Assembly (NCBI GenBank): GCA_964568425.1
Contig: CAZMPO010000007.1
Span: 1-64,000 of the forward strand
Direction: 5' to 3'
DNA: 64,000 nt
Source: an uncultured Lachnospiraceae bacterium
GTDB taxonomy: Bacteria; Bacillota; Clostridia; Oscillospirales; CAG-272
The notes beneath the pieces were generated by a model. It was not told where the DNA came from and ran no database searches. It worked only from the letters and a program-made list of their open reading frames with translations. Every line of letters starts with the position of its first letter. The first letter of the stretch is position 1. Shown here in pieces: positions 40,009-50,927 of the stretch. The translations under genes and the position numbers were made by a program.

Positions 40009-41409
40009 TCATCCCGCGCCGAGTATGACGCTTGACTCGCCTGTGGCGGAGTCATAGTTTGCGATATATTTTTTTAGCAAAATGATGTCGGCGGAGGTTA
40101 TTTTGCCGTCGCCGTTAGCATCGCCGTTGCCGGGGATGACGATGCTTGAAGTGCCCGTTTTGCCGTCGTAATTGGCGATATACTTTTTGAGCAAAATGAC
40201 ATCGGCGGAGGTGATCATGCCGTCGCCGTTGGCATCGCCGTATTTTATCGGTGCGAATTTGCGTATCTCGCAGTCGCTTGAATACGGCTCATCTCCGACA
40301 AGATACTCGATAAAGCCGTCCCTTGCGAGCAGGGCGAATATCGAACCGTCGGAGCAGGTCAGCACGCACTCCGACCTGCCGCTTTTGACATCGAGCGAGT
40401 ATATGCCGTCGGGACCGTTATAATATAGCTTACCGCCGTATGCGCAGACACCGGCGAATTTGTCGACATAGTAGCTGAACGCACCGGCATACCAAATATC
40501 ATCTACTGTAAATACTGTGCGTTTTGTGCGATTTTTGGTGTCTATCTCGCAGATATTACCATTTCTATCGGCAAAATACCACCTGCCGTTAAGCCATCCG
40601 CCCGAATTTTCGAAGTTCTCGAGAAGATCGCCGCAATAATCGGTATCGCAGGGATGATCGGAGACCCAATCGTGATACCCGAGCTTTTTCATCTCGGCAT
40701 CCGAACGAAGGAAGTACGCCTTGGACGCGTGTGACAGCCTATCGGGGATCCATTCAGCCCACGTGGTATCGACATTGTACCACTTGCCGTCGATCTTGAC
40801 TATATTCCACACATGATTCATCGCCGACGAGGTCGCATATCCGACGCTCATGCCGAGGCGTTGGAGAATTATCGCGTAAAGCTGTGAATATGCATTGCAG
40901 ACACCTCTGCCGTTTGCGAGCAGTTCGTTTGCGCGGTAATATTCAAAATCGGTATCGTATTCGAAATTCGTGCACAGATATTCAAACATCCAGAGTGCCT
41001 TGTCGATATCCTTTGTGATATCGCTCGGCATCGCGGAGATGATCTTCCCTATCTCAGCATCTGCGGCGGCGATCTCGGAACTGTCGGCGGTATATGATAT
41101 CCTCAGCGTCGTAACTCTGCCGTTCGAGGGAAAATAGGAATATGATCTGCTGCCGACATAGTAAAACTCGGGGTTCTTTAACAGCTCGTCAAAGATCTCG
41201 TTCAGCTCATCGATGGTGACATTGTACTCATACATTTGCAAGTCGGTGTCAAGCTTCTCTATAGCGGTGATTATCGCCGCCCTTGCGGTGGTCTTTGATC
41301 TTGCCGCTGCGGTTTGCGAGGTCTCGATCGCCGATATCGGCATATATGACACAGCGACCGCCGATGCGACAAGGAGAGTCGCGACAGACCTTTTTATGAG
41401 GTTTTTCAT
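40009..41409 (-). CDS. secreted transglutaminase-like cysteine protease domain protein with C-terminal type-I dockerin
   Basis: Signal peptide from MKNLIKR; TGase-like core GVCNAYSQ...HVWN...D; two dockerin repeats GDANGDGMITSADVILLKKYI / GDANGDGKITSADIILLKKYI. Confidence 0.75.
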   Translation of the reverse strand: MKNLIKRSVATLLVASAVAVSYMPISAIETSQTAAARSKTTARAAIITAIEKLDTDLQMYEYNVTIDELNEIFDELLKNPEFYYVGSRSYSYFPSNGRVTTLRISYTADSSEIAAADAEIGKIISAMPSDITKDIDKALWMFEYLCTNFEYDTDFEYYRANELLANGRGVCNAYSQLYAIILQRLGMSVGYATSSAMNHVWNIVKIDGKWYNVDTTWAEWIPDRLSHASKAYFLRSDAEMKKLGYHDWVSDHPCDTDYCGDLLENFENSGGWLNGRWYFADRNGNICEIDTKNRTKRTVFTVDDIWYAGAFSYYVDKFAGVCAYGGKLYYNGPDGIYSLDVKSGRSECVLTCSDGSIFALLARDGFIEYLVGDEPYSSDCEIRKFAPIKYGDANGDGMITSADVILLKKYIANYDGKTGTSSIVIPGNGDANGDGKITSADIILLKKYIANYDSATGESSVILGAG

Positions 41410-41426
41410 GGCATAAACAAATCTCC

Positions 41427-42500
41427 TTATTTTGAAAGCCCTTCCTCGCAGTAAAGACAGCGGAGCGAGCCGTCGACCTCCTTGAAAAGAGGCGCGAGCT
41501 CCTGCTCGCATGTGAAGATACAGCGCGGATTTTGGCATGTGTGCTCGGATGTGACAAGATTCGAGCGGTCGATCGGCATCGGTCTGCCGTCGGCAAGCGA
41601 AAGCATCTTTAGGATAAGTGCCATGCGCATATACTTGCCGTTTTCGACCTGCTTGAAGTAGCATGCGCGCGGATCGTCATCGATGGCGACCGATATCTCG
41701 TTAACTCTTGGAAGCGGATGGAGCACCGACATGTCACTCTTTGCAAAACTCATTTTATCGGCGGTGAGTATATAGCTGTCCTTGAGGCGAAGATATTCGT
41801 CCCTGTCCTCAAATCTCTCCTGCTGAACTCTCGTCATGTAAAGAACATCGAGATCTGCCATTGCATGGACAAGGTCAGAGTCTTCCTCGAAGGCAACTCC
41901 GCCGCTTACCATCTCATTTTTGACATAATCGGGAAGTGCAAGCTCGCGGGGCGAGATCAGGACGAATTTGATACCCTCATATCTGCTCATCGCGCGGATA
42001 AGCGAATGGACGGTCCTGCCGTATTTGAGATCACCGCAAAGACCGATAGTCAGATCGGAAAGTCTTCCCTTTTCGCGCCTGATGGTCAAAAGATCGGCAA
42101 GCGTCTGGGTCGGGTGGCAATGTCCGCCGTCGCCCGCGTTGATCACGGGAATGCGCGCATTTGATGCGGCAACGAGTGCCGCACCCTCTTTGGGGTGGCG
42201 CATTGCGATGATATCGGCGTAACAGCTGATCACCTTCGATGTATCGGCAACGCTCTCGCCCTTTGATGCGGACGAGCTTGCCGCCGCCGAAAATCCGATC
42301 ACATTGCCGCCAAGCTCATACATTGCCGCCTCAAAGCTGAGTCGCGTCCTTGTAGACGGCTCGAAAAAGAGGGTCGCGAGCTTTTTGCCCTCGCAGACAT
42401 GCGCATATTTCTGCGGATTTTCGATAATATCAAGGGCGGTCGAAATAAGCCCGTTGATCTCGTCCACCGACAGGTCGGTAATATCAATAATGCTTCTCAT
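41427..42500 (-). CDS. pyrB: aspartate carbamoyltransferase catalytic chain fused to PyrI-like zinc-binding domain
   Basis: STRTR and HPTQ ATCase motifs; C-terminal ~60 aa with CQNPRCI...CLYCE four-Cys zinc domain. Confidence 0.9.
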   Translation of the reverse strand: MRSIIDITDLSVDEINGLISTALDIIENPQKYAHVCEGKKLATLFFEPSTRTRLSFEAAMYELGGNVIGFSAAASSSASKGESVADTSKVISCYADIIAMRHPKEGAALVAASNARIPVINAGDGGHCHPTQTLADLLTIRREKGRLSDLTIGLCGDLKYGRTVHSLIRAMSRYEGIKFVLISPRELALPDYVKNEMVSGGVAFEEDSDLVHAMADLDVLYMTRVQQERFEDRDEYLRLKDSYILTADKMSFAKSDMSVLHPLPRVNEISVAIDDDPRACYFKQVENGKYMRMALILKMLSLADGRPMPIDRSNLVTSEHTCQNPRCIFTCEQELAPLFKEVDGSLRCLYCEEGLSK

Positions 42501-42522
42501 GGTTATCCTTTCTTGGGGTCGA

Positions 42523-43179
42523 TCAGACTTTTGCGCCGTATGTTTCGAGATATTTCTTTATTCTCGCCACATTTTCGGCATTTTTGGGGTCTTCTTCGAG
42601 ATACTCGATGATATCGTAGACATCAACGACCGAATATACGGGGAATCCGAACTCCTCGCCGACCTCAGCCATTGCCGACTTTTCGCCAAGTCCCTTTTCC
42701 ATGCGATCGACCATGACAAATGTTGCCGCGACCTTGACGCCCTCAAGCTTTGAAAGTATCGCCATGCTCTCGCGGATGGCGGTGCCTGCGGTGATGACAT
42801 CCTCGACGATCACGACCTCGTCGCCCGATTTCGGCTTATATCCGACGAAAACGCCGCCCTCACCGTGATCCTTTTCCTCCTTGCGGTTGAAGAAGAAGGG
42901 CAGGTCAAGTCCGTGATCTGTGAGTGCGCAGGAGACCGATACGGCGATCGGAATGCCCTTATACGCCGGTCCGAAAAGGACGGCATTCTTCTGACCGAGC
43001 TTTTCTGTATATGCTTTTGCGTAGAACTCTCCGAGGCGAGATATCTGCACGCCCGTCTTTATCTCACCCGCATTGATGAAATAAGGTATCTTTCTGCCGC
43101 TTTTTGCGGTGAAATCGCCGAATTTGAGCACTCCCGCGCTCTCCAAAAACTGTATAAATTCTCTCTTGTAGTTTTCCAT
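42523..43179 (-). CDS. pyrE: orotate phosphoribosyltransferase
   Basis: PRPP-binding [14 protein letters not shown]; start at MENYKREF. Confidence 0.9.
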   Translation of the reverse strand: MENYKREFIQFLESAGVLKFGDFTAKSGRKIPYFINAGEIKTGVQISRLGEFYAKAYTEKLGQKNAVLFGPAYKGIPIAVSVSCALTDHGLDLPFFFNRKEEKDHGEGGVFVGYKPKSGDEVVIVEDVITAGTAIRESMAILSKLEGVKVAATFVMVDRMEKGLGEKSAMAEVGEEFGFPVYSVVDVYDIIEYLEEDPKNAENVARIKKYLETYGAKV

Positions 43180-43190
43180 TTTAATTCTCC

Positions 43191-43988
43191 TTAACAAATG
43201 TGAAATTTATCGTCCTCTGTAAGGCCGAGCAGATCTATGGCACGCTCGAAGATCGGCTTTGCCCTATCAAGCGACCTCGGATGATGTGCATCCGAGCCCA
43301 TGTAGAATTTGCAACCGTTGGCTTTGGCTATTCTGTATATACGGAGCACTGTGTCGGTCTCCTCGTCGGAAAATCTCATATCGTCGGCATTAAGTTCAAT
43401 ACCGACACCGACCTCTGCCGCTTTTTTGAAGAGACTGTTCATTTTATCCTCAGGCAAAAGCTCCAGCACCTTCAGAAAATCGCTTCGATCTCTTGCGATA
43501 AGTCCGCACGTCAGGTGTGCAAGACCGATTTTTTTGAACGGCAGGTCATAGCTCAAAAAAGCCTCAAACCGTTCGACCCAAGCCCTTGCCTTCGCTTCGG
43601 GGCTTGCAGCCTCCTGCTTGGTGATCGCAAAGCCCTCCATATGAAAATGCGTCAGCGGAACAACAACAAAGTCAAGCGTATCATAATCCTCGGGGTTAAG
43701 TGCTATGATGTGGGAATTGTGCATCTCGGTCTCGACACCGAAAAGAAAATTCACACCATCGCACTGCGGCAAAGGCAAAGACTGCCTTGTGTACTCAAGG
43801 GTCTGATGCTTATACCAATCGCTTGAGGCTACCGTGGTAACATTCCAACAGTGATCGGTAAGCACAATGGTTTTAAGACCGTTGTCTACAGCATATTTCA
43901 AGATCCGCTCAGGCGTCTGCTCAGGGTCGCGGGAGCAGAGCGACAGCTTCGAATGAATATGCAGATCGTTATCCCATATGTATCGCAT
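43191..43988 (-). CDS. PHP-domain (polymerase/histidinol phosphatase-like) metal-dependent phosphoesterase
   Basis: N-terminal DLHIHS..., internal H/D metal ligands; embedded in the pyr operon. Confidence 0.65.
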   Translation of the reverse strand: MRYIWDNDLHIHSKLSLCSRDPEQTPERILKYAVDNGLKTIVLTDHCWNVTTVASSDWYKHQTLEYTRQSLPLPQCDGVNFLFGVETEMHNSHIIALNPEDYDTLDFVVVPLTHFHMEGFAITKQEAASPEAKARAWVERFEAFLSYDLPFKKIGLAHLTCGLIARDRSDFLKVLELLPEDKMNSLFKKAAEVGVGIELNADDMRFSDEETDTVLRIYRIAKANGCKFYMGSDAHHPRSLDRAKPIFERAIDLLGLTEDDKFHIC

Positions 43989-44000
43989 TATTATTTCTCC

Positions 44001-44705
44001 TTAATCGCAGAACTCCCTGACACAACGCTCGTATGCGGCAACAGGATCATCGGCGGCGGTTATCGGGCGTCCGACAACTATGTAATCGGAGCCGATCTTT
44101 TTAGCCTCGGAGGGCGTCATTACCCTCTTTTGGTCACCAACATCGCCGTCGGCAAAACGCACACCGGGGGTGACGGTCAGGAAATTTTCACCGCAGACCT
44201 CGTGTACCTTGCCTGCCTCAAGCGGCGAGCAAACGACGCCGTCAAGACCTGCGATCTTGGCGTTGTGGGCATAGTGCATAACGACGCGGTCGATAGGCTC
44301 TTTTATGAGAAGATCCTTCTCCATTCTCTCCTGATCGGTCGAGGTCAGCTGTGTGACCGCGATAAGAAGGGGTCTTGTTCCGTCGGGACGGGTAAGTCCT
44401 TCAAGTGCCGCCTCCATCATGGAGATCGTGCCGCCTGCGTGAAGGTTACAGATATCAACATCAAGGCGCGAGAGCACCGACATCGCCTTTTTGACGGTAT
44501 TCGGGATATCGTGAAGCTTAAGATCAAGGAAGATCTTATGTCCGCGACGCTTGATCTCCTTGACGATCGCAGGACCTTCCGCGTAGAAAAGCTCCATTCC
44601 GATCTTTACAAACGGCTTTCTGCCGCAATTTTCGAATTTGTCAAGAAATTCGTAGGTTTTTTCTGCGCTCGAAAAGTCGCAGGCAACAATTACATCTTTA
44701 CCCAT
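44001..44705 (-). CDS. pyrF: orotidine 5'-phosphate decarboxylase
   Basis: VIVACDF...KIGMELF...FLDLKLHDIPNTV motifs. Confidence 0.9.
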   Translation of the reverse strand: MGKDVIVACDFSSAEKTYEFLDKFENCGRKPFVKIGMELFYAEGPAIVKEIKRRGHKIFLDLKLHDIPNTVKKAMSVLSRLDVDICNLHAGGTISMMEAALEGLTRPDGTRPLLIAVTQLTSTDQERMEKDLLIKEPIDRVVMHYAHNAKIAGLDGVVCSPLEAGKVHEVCGENFLTVTPGVRFADGDVGDQKRVMTPSEAKKIGSDYIVVGRPITAADDPVAAYERCVREFCD

Positions 44706-45624
44706 TACATGCTCCTATTATATCACTTAAATTTTCAATTTTGTATTTTTCCATAACTAAAGGGAGATCCTCGATTATATTCTTGCAGGCAAACGGATCG
44801 ACGAGATTGGCAGCTCCGACCTCGACAGCACTCGCTCCCGCGAGCATCATTTCAATGACATCCTCGGCACTTGAAACGCCGCCCATACCGACGACCGGGA
44901 TACCCACCGCATTTGCGACCTGATAAACCATGCGAACTGCCACCGGGAATATGGCAGGACCCGAAAATCCGCCCATTTTGTTGGCGATTATCGGCTTTTT
45001 CGTTCTCAGATCTATTCGCATGCCGAGCATCGTGTTGATCAGACTGATGCCGTCCGCGCCCGCATCCTCGCACGCCTTTGCGATCGATACGATATCGGTC
45101 ACATTTGGCGAGAGCTTGATGATCAGCGGTTTCTTTGTGACCGCTCTGACCGCCTTTGTCACCGATGCGGCGGCGTGCGGATCTGTTCCGAAGCTCATTC
45201 CGCCGCCGTGAACATTCGGGCAGCTGACATTGACCTCTATCCATCCGACCTGCTCGCAGGCGTCGATCTTCTCGCAGGTATATGCGTAATCATCGATCGA
45301 AAATCCGCTGACATTCGCCATGACCTTTTTGTTAAAGCACTTTGCAAGCCTTGGAAGCTCGTTTGATATTACGCTGTCCACACCGGGGTTTTGCAGTCCG
45401 ACCGCGTTTATCATGCCCGATGTACACTCAGCGATCCTCGGCGTGGGATTGCCGAATCGCGGCTCTTTTGTCGTACCCTTGAAGGAAAAGGTTCCGAGTA
45501 TGTTTATATCGTAGAGCTCGGCAAACTCATATCCGTAGCCGAATGTACCCGAGGCGGGAATTATCGGATTGTCGAGCGTTATGCCGCAAAGATCCACCTT
45601 CATGTCTTTATTCATTACTGCCAC
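44698..45624 (-). CDS. pyrD: dihydroorotate dehydrogenase (class 1B) catalytic subunit
   Basis: NPIIPASGTFGYG...NAVGLQNPG motifs. Confidence 0.9.
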   Translation of the reverse strand: MAVMNKDMKVDLCGITLDNPIIPASGTFGYGYEFAELYDINILGTFSFKGTTKEPRFGNPTPRIAECTSGMINAVGLQNPGVDSVISNELPRLAKCFNKKVMANVSGFSIDDYAYTCEKIDACEQVGWIEVNVSCPNVHGGGMSFGTDPHAAASVTKAVRAVTKKPLIIKLSPNVTDIVSIAKACEDAGADGISLINTMLGMRIDLRTKKPIIANKMGGFSGPAIFPVAVRMVYQVANAVGIPVVGMGGVSSAEDVIEMMLAGASAVEVGAANLVDPFACKNIIEDLPLVMEKYKIENLSDIIGACNG

Positions 45625-46346
45625 AGGATCTCCTCCTTTTTCATCACCGGACCGTCCTTGCAGATCCGCTTATTACCGGTCAGCGTCTTACAGGAGCATC
45701 CCATGCACGCGCCGAAGCCGCAGCCCATTCTTTCCTCAAAGCTCATTTGACCGAGCGTCTCGGTCGCACGCCACAGAGCCTTGAGCATCGGCTCGGGTCC
45801 GCATGCGTAGAAATAGCTGTAATCGGCAGGCAGAGCATCGGTCACAAATCCGGCAACACCATAGCTTCCGTCGACCGTCGCGACGGTGACATCGCAACCG
45901 AGATCGGCGAACTCTTTTTCGTAAAAAATCTCGCTCGCCTTGTTAAATCCGAGCACTACCGACACACGAAGTCCCTTTGCGCGCAGTTCCTTTGCGAGCA
46001 TATAGAGCGGAGGGACGCCGACACCGCCGCCGACAAGGAGCGGATGGTCGCCCGAGAGGCTCATATCGTAGCCGTTGCCGAGCCCCGTCAAGAGATCGAG
46101 CTTTTGACCCCGACACATTTTTGACATTTGCTCTGTTCCCTTGCCGACGACCTTATAGATAAGCGTCAGCAGGTCGCCGCAGACATCGCAGACCGATATC
46201 GGGCGGCGAAGATAGAGTCCGTCAAGCCTTATATTGACAAACTGTCCGGGTGCGGTTATCGCCGATGTATCGCCGATCAGTGTCATTTTGAACACATCTG
46301 CGGTCAGCGGCAGATTTTCCCTTATTTCAAATATTGTTTGATTCAT
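45615..46346 (-). CDS. pyrK: dihydroorotate dehydrogenase electron-transfer subunit
   Basis: FAD/NAD-binding fold plus C-terminal 2Fe-2S Cys cluster CGFGACMGCSC. Confidence 0.9.
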   Translation of the reverse strand: MNQTIFEIRENLPLTADVFKMTLIGDTSAITAPGQFVNIRLDGLYLRRPISVCDVCGDLLTLIYKVVGKGTEQMSKMCRGQKLDLLTGLGNGYDMSLSGDHPLLVGGGVGVPPLYMLAKELRAKGLRVSVVLGFNKASEIFYEKEFADLGCDVTVATVDGSYGVAGFVTDALPADYSYFYACGPEPMLKALWRATETLGQMSFEERMGCGFGACMGCSCKTLTGNKRICKDGPVMKKEEILWQ

Positions 46347-46411
46347 GATATTTCCTCATAAAATGATGTAAGTGCACAGGATCTGGGATATCGCAATATC
46401 TTACGCAAAAC

Positions 46412-49400
46412 TTACGAATCTATCGTCGATATGGTAAGTGTCGTCTCCTCAAGGACATCGAGCAGAACTCGGACGGTGTCGAGGGATGTGAAGATCGTAA
46501 CATTGTTTTCGGTCGCGAGGCGGCGGATGGTGTGTCCGTCGCTTGCCTGCGAGAGTGCGCCGATATCGCGTGTGTTGATGACATATGCGATGTGACCCTG
46601 TCTGATCGCGTCGGGGATCTCCTCGCTTCCGCTTGCTATCTTTGCAAGAATGTGTGTGCGGATGCCGTTCTCTTTAAGGAAGAGTGCCGTGCCGCGAGTT
46701 GCCAGAATGTTAAATCCGAGATTGTAGAAACGGCGTATGAGCGGCAGAGCCTCCGCTTTATCCTTATCGGCAACGGTAACGAATACCGAGCCGTAATTTT
46801 GCAGTCTCGTGCCCGATGCCTGAAGTGCTTTATAAAGTGCGCGGTTGAGCTTGTTGTCATAGCCGATCGCCTCACCGGTCGACTTCATCTCGGGGGACAG
46901 ATAAGCATCAAGTCCCTTGATCTTATTGAAGGAGAATACCGGCACTTTTACATAGAAGCGTTTCTTTTCCTCGGGATAGATATCGAATATACCCTGCTCC
47001 TTGAGCGTCTTGCCGAGTATTACCTCGGTAGCGATATCCGCAAGGCTGTAGCCTGTCGACTTTGAAAGGAAGGGGACGGTACGCGACGAGCGCGGGTTTA
47101 CCTCGATGACATAAACATCCTCATGCTCATCAACTATGAACTGAATATTGTAAAGTCCGACGATGCCTATGCCGAGTCCGAGCTTTTTGGCATACTGAAG
47201 AATTATTCCCTTGACCTTGTTCGAGATGCTGAAGGTCGGATAAACACTGATCGAGTCGCCCGAGTGGATGCCGGTACGCTCGACAAGCTCCATGATTCCG
47301 GGGACGAATACGTCTCTGCCGTCGCAGATGGCATCGACCTCGACCTCCTTGCCCTGAATGTACTTATCTACAAGCACGGGTCTGTCGGCGTCGATCTCGA
47401 CCGCCGTCTTAAGATAGTGGCGAAGTCCTTCCTCGCTGGCGACGATCTGCATTGCTCTGCCGCCGAGCACGAACGAGGGACGAACGAGCACGGGATATCC
47501 GATCTCGGCTGCCGCCTTGACGCCGTCCTCGATCTTTGTAACCGCTCTGCCCTTGGGTTGAGGGATGTGCAAACTTTCGAGTATCTTCTCGAAGCTGTCG
47601 CGGTTCTCGGCGCGATCGATCGCCTCGCAATCGGTGCCGATGATCTTGACGCCGCGGCGCATGAGCGGCTCGGCGAGATTTATGGCAGTCTGCCCGCCGA
47701 GCGATGCGATAACGCCCTCGGGGCACTCGTAATCGACGATAGCCATGACATCCTCGGGCGTCAGCGGCTCGAAGTAGAGCTTATCGGCGGTGGTGTAGTC
47801 GGTGGATACCGTCTCGGGGTTGTTGTTAATGATTATCGACTCGTAGCCCGAGCGACCGATGGTCTGAACGGCATGCACGGTCGAGTAGTCGAACTCGACG
47901 CCCTGTCCGATACGGATAGGTCCTGCACCAAGCACGACGATCTTCTTTTTATCGGTGAGGATCGACTGATTTTCGCCACTGTAGGACGAGTAGAGATATG
48001 CGATATATTTTCCGGTATGCAGTGTGTCGACCATGCGGAACACCGGGGTAATGCCCTCTTTTTTGCGGAGCGCGTACAGCTCGGTCTCGCTTACCTTCCA
48101 AACGGACGAGATATATTTATCCGAAAATCCGAGCTTTTTTACATAGCGGAGGGTGGGAACATCCATCCGATTTGCGGCAAGGTTGTGCTCTGCATCGACG
48201 ATCTTCTTATAGGACTCGAGGAAAAGCTCTGTGACCATCGTCGCACGGTGAAGTTCTTCGATGCTCACACCGCGACGGAGAAGCTCAAACATTGCAAAGA
48301 CATTATCGTCGCGGAACTCGCTGACATAGTCAAAGAGCTGATCGACCGAATAATTATCAAATTTCGGGAGATAGAAGTGCGAAACGCCGATCTCAAGTGA
48401 GCGAACCGACTTGAGCAGGCACTCCTCGAGAGTAGAGCCGATACCCATGACCTCGCCTGTCGCCTTCATCTGTGTACCGAGTGTGTTTGACGCGTCGGAG
48501 AATTTATCAAATGGGAATCTGGGGAATTTGGCGACTATATAGTCAAGTGACGGCTCGATTGCCGCAGTGCCGCCCGCGACCGGGATCTCCTCAAGAAGCA
48601 TGCCGAGTGCGATCTTTGCGGTGACTCTTGCTATCGGATATCCGCTTGCCTTGGATGCAAGTGCCGACGAGCGCGACACGCGAGGGTTGACCTCGATGAG
48701 ATAATATTTGCTCGATGTCGGGTCAAGTGCGAACTGCACGTTACAGCCGCCCTCGATCTTCAGCTCGCGGATGATCTTTATCGCGCTGTCGTTGAGCATC
48801 TTTTTATCGGCATCCGAGAGTGAAAGGATGGGCGCAACCACTATGCTGTCGCCCGTATGAACGCCGACAGGGTCAATATTTTCCATTCCGCAGATGGTGA
48901 TGGCGTTGTCTGCCGAGTCGCGCATTACCTCAAATTCGATCTCTTTATAGCCCTTTACACTCTTTTCGATAAGCACCTGATGCACGGGTGAGAGCTTGAA
49001 GGCGTTCATGCCGATCTCGATCAGCTCGTCCTCGTTGTTCGCAAATCCGCCGCCCGTGCCGCCAAGGGTGAATGCGGGGCGAAGCACTACGGGGTAGCCG
49101 ATCTCCTCTGCCGCCTTTTTTGCCTCGTCAAGGCTGTATGTGATCTTCGAGGGGATGACGGGCTCGCCGATCGACTCGCACATTTCTTTGAACAGCTCGC
49201 GATCCTCGGCGCGCTCGATCGACTCGCTCGATGTGCCGAGAAGCTGTACATTACATTCGCGCAGGACCCCCTTCTTTTCAAGCTGCATGGCGAGGTTGAG
49301 TCCGGTCTGTCCTCCGATTCCGGGGACGATCGCGTCGGGACGCTCATAGCGCAGTATTTTCGCGATATATTCAAGTGTCAGAGGCTCCATGTAGACCTTA

Positions 49401-49585
49401 TCGGCGATCGACGTATCTGTCATAATGGTCGCGGGGTTGGAATTGCAGAGTATTACCTCGTATCCTTCCTCCTTAAGCGCAAGACATGCCTGCGTGCCTG
49501 CGTAGTCAAATTCGGCTGCCTGACCGATGACAATCGGTCCCGAGCCTATGATCAGAACTTTTTTGATATCTTTTCTCTTTGCCAT
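46412..49585 (-). CDS. carB: carbamoyl-phosphate synthase large subunit
   Basis: 1057 aa, duplicated ATP-grasp halves, KKVLIIGSGPIVIGQAAEFDYAG start. Confidence 0.95.
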   Translation of the reverse strand: MAKRKDIKKVLIIGSGPIVIGQAAEFDYAGTQACLALKEEGYEVILCNSNPATIMTDTSIADKVYMEPLTLEYIAKILRYERPDAIVPGIGGQTGLNLAMQLEKKGVLRECNVQLLGTSSESIERAEDRELFKEMCESIGEPVIPSKITYSLDEAKKAAEEIGYPVVLRPAFTLGGTGGGFANNEDELIEIGMNAFKLSPVHQVLIEKSVKGYKEIEFEVMRDSADNAITICGMENIDPVGVHTGDSIVVAPILSLSDADKKMLNDSAIKIIRELKIEGGCNVQFALDPTSSKYYLIEVNPRVSRSSALASKASGYPIARVTAKIALGMLLEEIPVAGGTAAIEPSLDYIVAKFPRFPFDKFSDASNTLGTQMKATGEVMGIGSTLEECLLKSVRSLEIGVSHFYLPKFDNYSVDQLFDYVSEFRDDNVFAMFELLRRGVSIEELHRATMVTELFLESYKKIVDAEHNLAANRMDVPTLRYVKKLGFSDKYISSVWKVSETELYALRKKEGITPVFRMVDTLHTGKYIAYLYSSYSGENQSILTDKKKIVVLGAGPIRIGQGVEFDYSTVHAVQTIGRSGYESIIINNNPETVSTDYTTADKLYFEPLTPEDVMAIVDYECPEGVIASLGGQTAINLAEPLMRRGVKIIGTDCEAIDRAENRDSFEKILESLHIPQPKGRAVTKIEDGVKAAAEIGYPVLVRPSFVLGGRAMQIVASEEGLRHYLKTAVEIDADRPVLVDKYIQGKEVEVDAICDGRDVFVPGIMELVERTGIHSGDSISVYPTFSISNKVKGIILQYAKKLGLGIGIVGLYNIQFIVDEHEDVYVIEVNPRSSRTVPFLSKSTGYSLADIATEVILGKTLKEQGIFDIYPEEKKRFYVKVPVFSFNKIKGLDAYLSPEMKSTGEAIGYDNKLNRALYKALQASGTRLQNYGSVFVTVADKDKAEALPLIRRFYNLGFNILATRGTALFLKENGIRTHILAKIASGSEEIPDAIRQGHIAYVINTRDIGALSQASDGHTIRRLATENNVTIFTSLDTVRVLLDVLEETTLTISTIDS

Positions 49586-49636
49586 TTTCTTTTCTCCTCC
49601 GACTTTTTAGTATGTTGATTTGTTTGACAGTATATA

Positions 49637-50869
49637 TTAATTTTTGATGTAAACTGTTTTTCGATCGCAAACGGTCGCGAGCGCGCATCCCCAAAGCTCT
49701 CTGCCCTCGAACGGCGTCGCTCTGCCCATTGACAGGAATTTCGTGGGGTCGACCGTAAATTTTTCGCCGAGATCCCACACCGTAAAGCTGTCACCGAGCG
49801 GTATGCCGAAGATCTTTCGCGGATTTGTCGCCATAAGCTCCACAAGGCGATCGAGCGTTATCACGCCGCCCCTGACAAGTCCCGAATAAAGGGATGCAAA
49901 AGCGGTTTCGAGACCGACGATCCCGAACGACGAGCCCTTAAGTCCGCGCGATTTTTCGTCTGCGCTGTGCGGGGCGTGATCGGTGGCGATCATATCGATC
50001 GTGCCGTCGACAATTCCCTCGACAAGTGCCGCTCGATCGTCCGCCGAGCGAAGCGGCGGGTTCATTTTGAATCTGCCGTCCTCACGAAGATCGCCCTCGT
50101 CAAGAAGCAGGTAATGGGGTGCTGTCTCGCAGGTTACGGGAAGTCCTTCCGCCTTTGCCGCGCGGATAAGCTCGACGCTCTCGCGGCAGGATATGTGGCA
50201 AACGTGATATCGGCAACCGTTCTCGCGGACAAGCTCGATATCGCGCTTTATCGGTCCCCATTCACTCTCCGAGCAAATGCCCGAGTGTCCGTGCTCTGCG
50301 GCGTATTTGCCGTCGTGGATATAACCGCCGCGGAGCAGGCTGTTATCCTCACAATGCGCGACGATCATCTTCCCGAGTGCCTTTGCGCGATGCATTGCCT
50401 CGAGCATCAGCCCTCGATCCTGCACGCCCCTGCCGTCATCCGAAAACGCGATGGCATACGGGGCAAGTGCCTCCATGTCCGAGAGTGTCTCACCCATCTG
50501 ACCGACGGTTATCGCGGCGTATGGGTGGATGTTTATATTTGATCTCTTTGCCGCCTCAAGAACGCTTTCCATGTGCGGGAGCGAGTCGGGCACGGGCGAG
50601 AGGTTCGGCATGGTGCAAACGTCGGTGTAACCGCCATGAGCGGCGGCAGCGGATCCGCTTGCCACCGTCTCTTTATAAGAAAAACCCGGTTCACGAAAAT
50701 GCACATGCACATCGCAAAAACCGGGAAAGATACAACAATCAGACACCGACGAAAAAAGAGATTGATCAAATGAAGAAAAATAGTGCACAGCAAAATCTTC
50801 AGCCTCGGGATATTGTTCGAAACCGGAGATCGTGATCTGCTTTTTATTTTCCGACATGATGGTCTTCAT
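49637..50869 (-). CDS. pyrC: dihydroorotase
   Basis: FCDVHVHFREPG metal-binding motif, DHAPH. Confidence 0.9.
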   Translation of the reverse strand: MKTIMSENKKQITISGFEQYPEAEDFAVHYFSSFDQSLFSSVSDCCIFPGFCDVHVHFREPGFSYKETVASGSAAAAHGGYTDVCTMPNLSPVPDSLPHMESVLEAAKRSNINIHPYAAITVGQMGETLSDMEALAPYAIAFSDDGRGVQDRGLMLEAMHRAKALGKMIVAHCEDNSLLRGGYIHDGKYAAEHGHSGICSESEWGPIKRDIELVRENGCRYHVCHISCRESVELIRAAKAEGLPVTCETAPHYLLLDEGDLREDGRFKMNPPLRSADDRAALVEGIVDGTIDMIATDHAPHSADEKSRGLKGSSFGIVGLETAFASLYSGLVRGGVITLDRLVELMATNPRKIFGIPLGDSFTVWDLGEKFTVDPTKFLSMGRATPFEGRELWGCALATVCDRKTVYIKN

Positions 50870-50898
50870 ATGAAGGGCTACCTTTCAAATCTTGTTTC

Positions 50899-50927
50899 TA
50901 TCTTGAGTATTATATCACATAATTCGA
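50899..50927 (-). promoter_or_regulatory. consensus sigma-A-type promoter upstream of pyrC
   Basis: Minus-strand TTGACA, 17-nt spacer, TATAAT about 25-30 nt upstream of the pyrC RBS. Confidence 0.5.
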
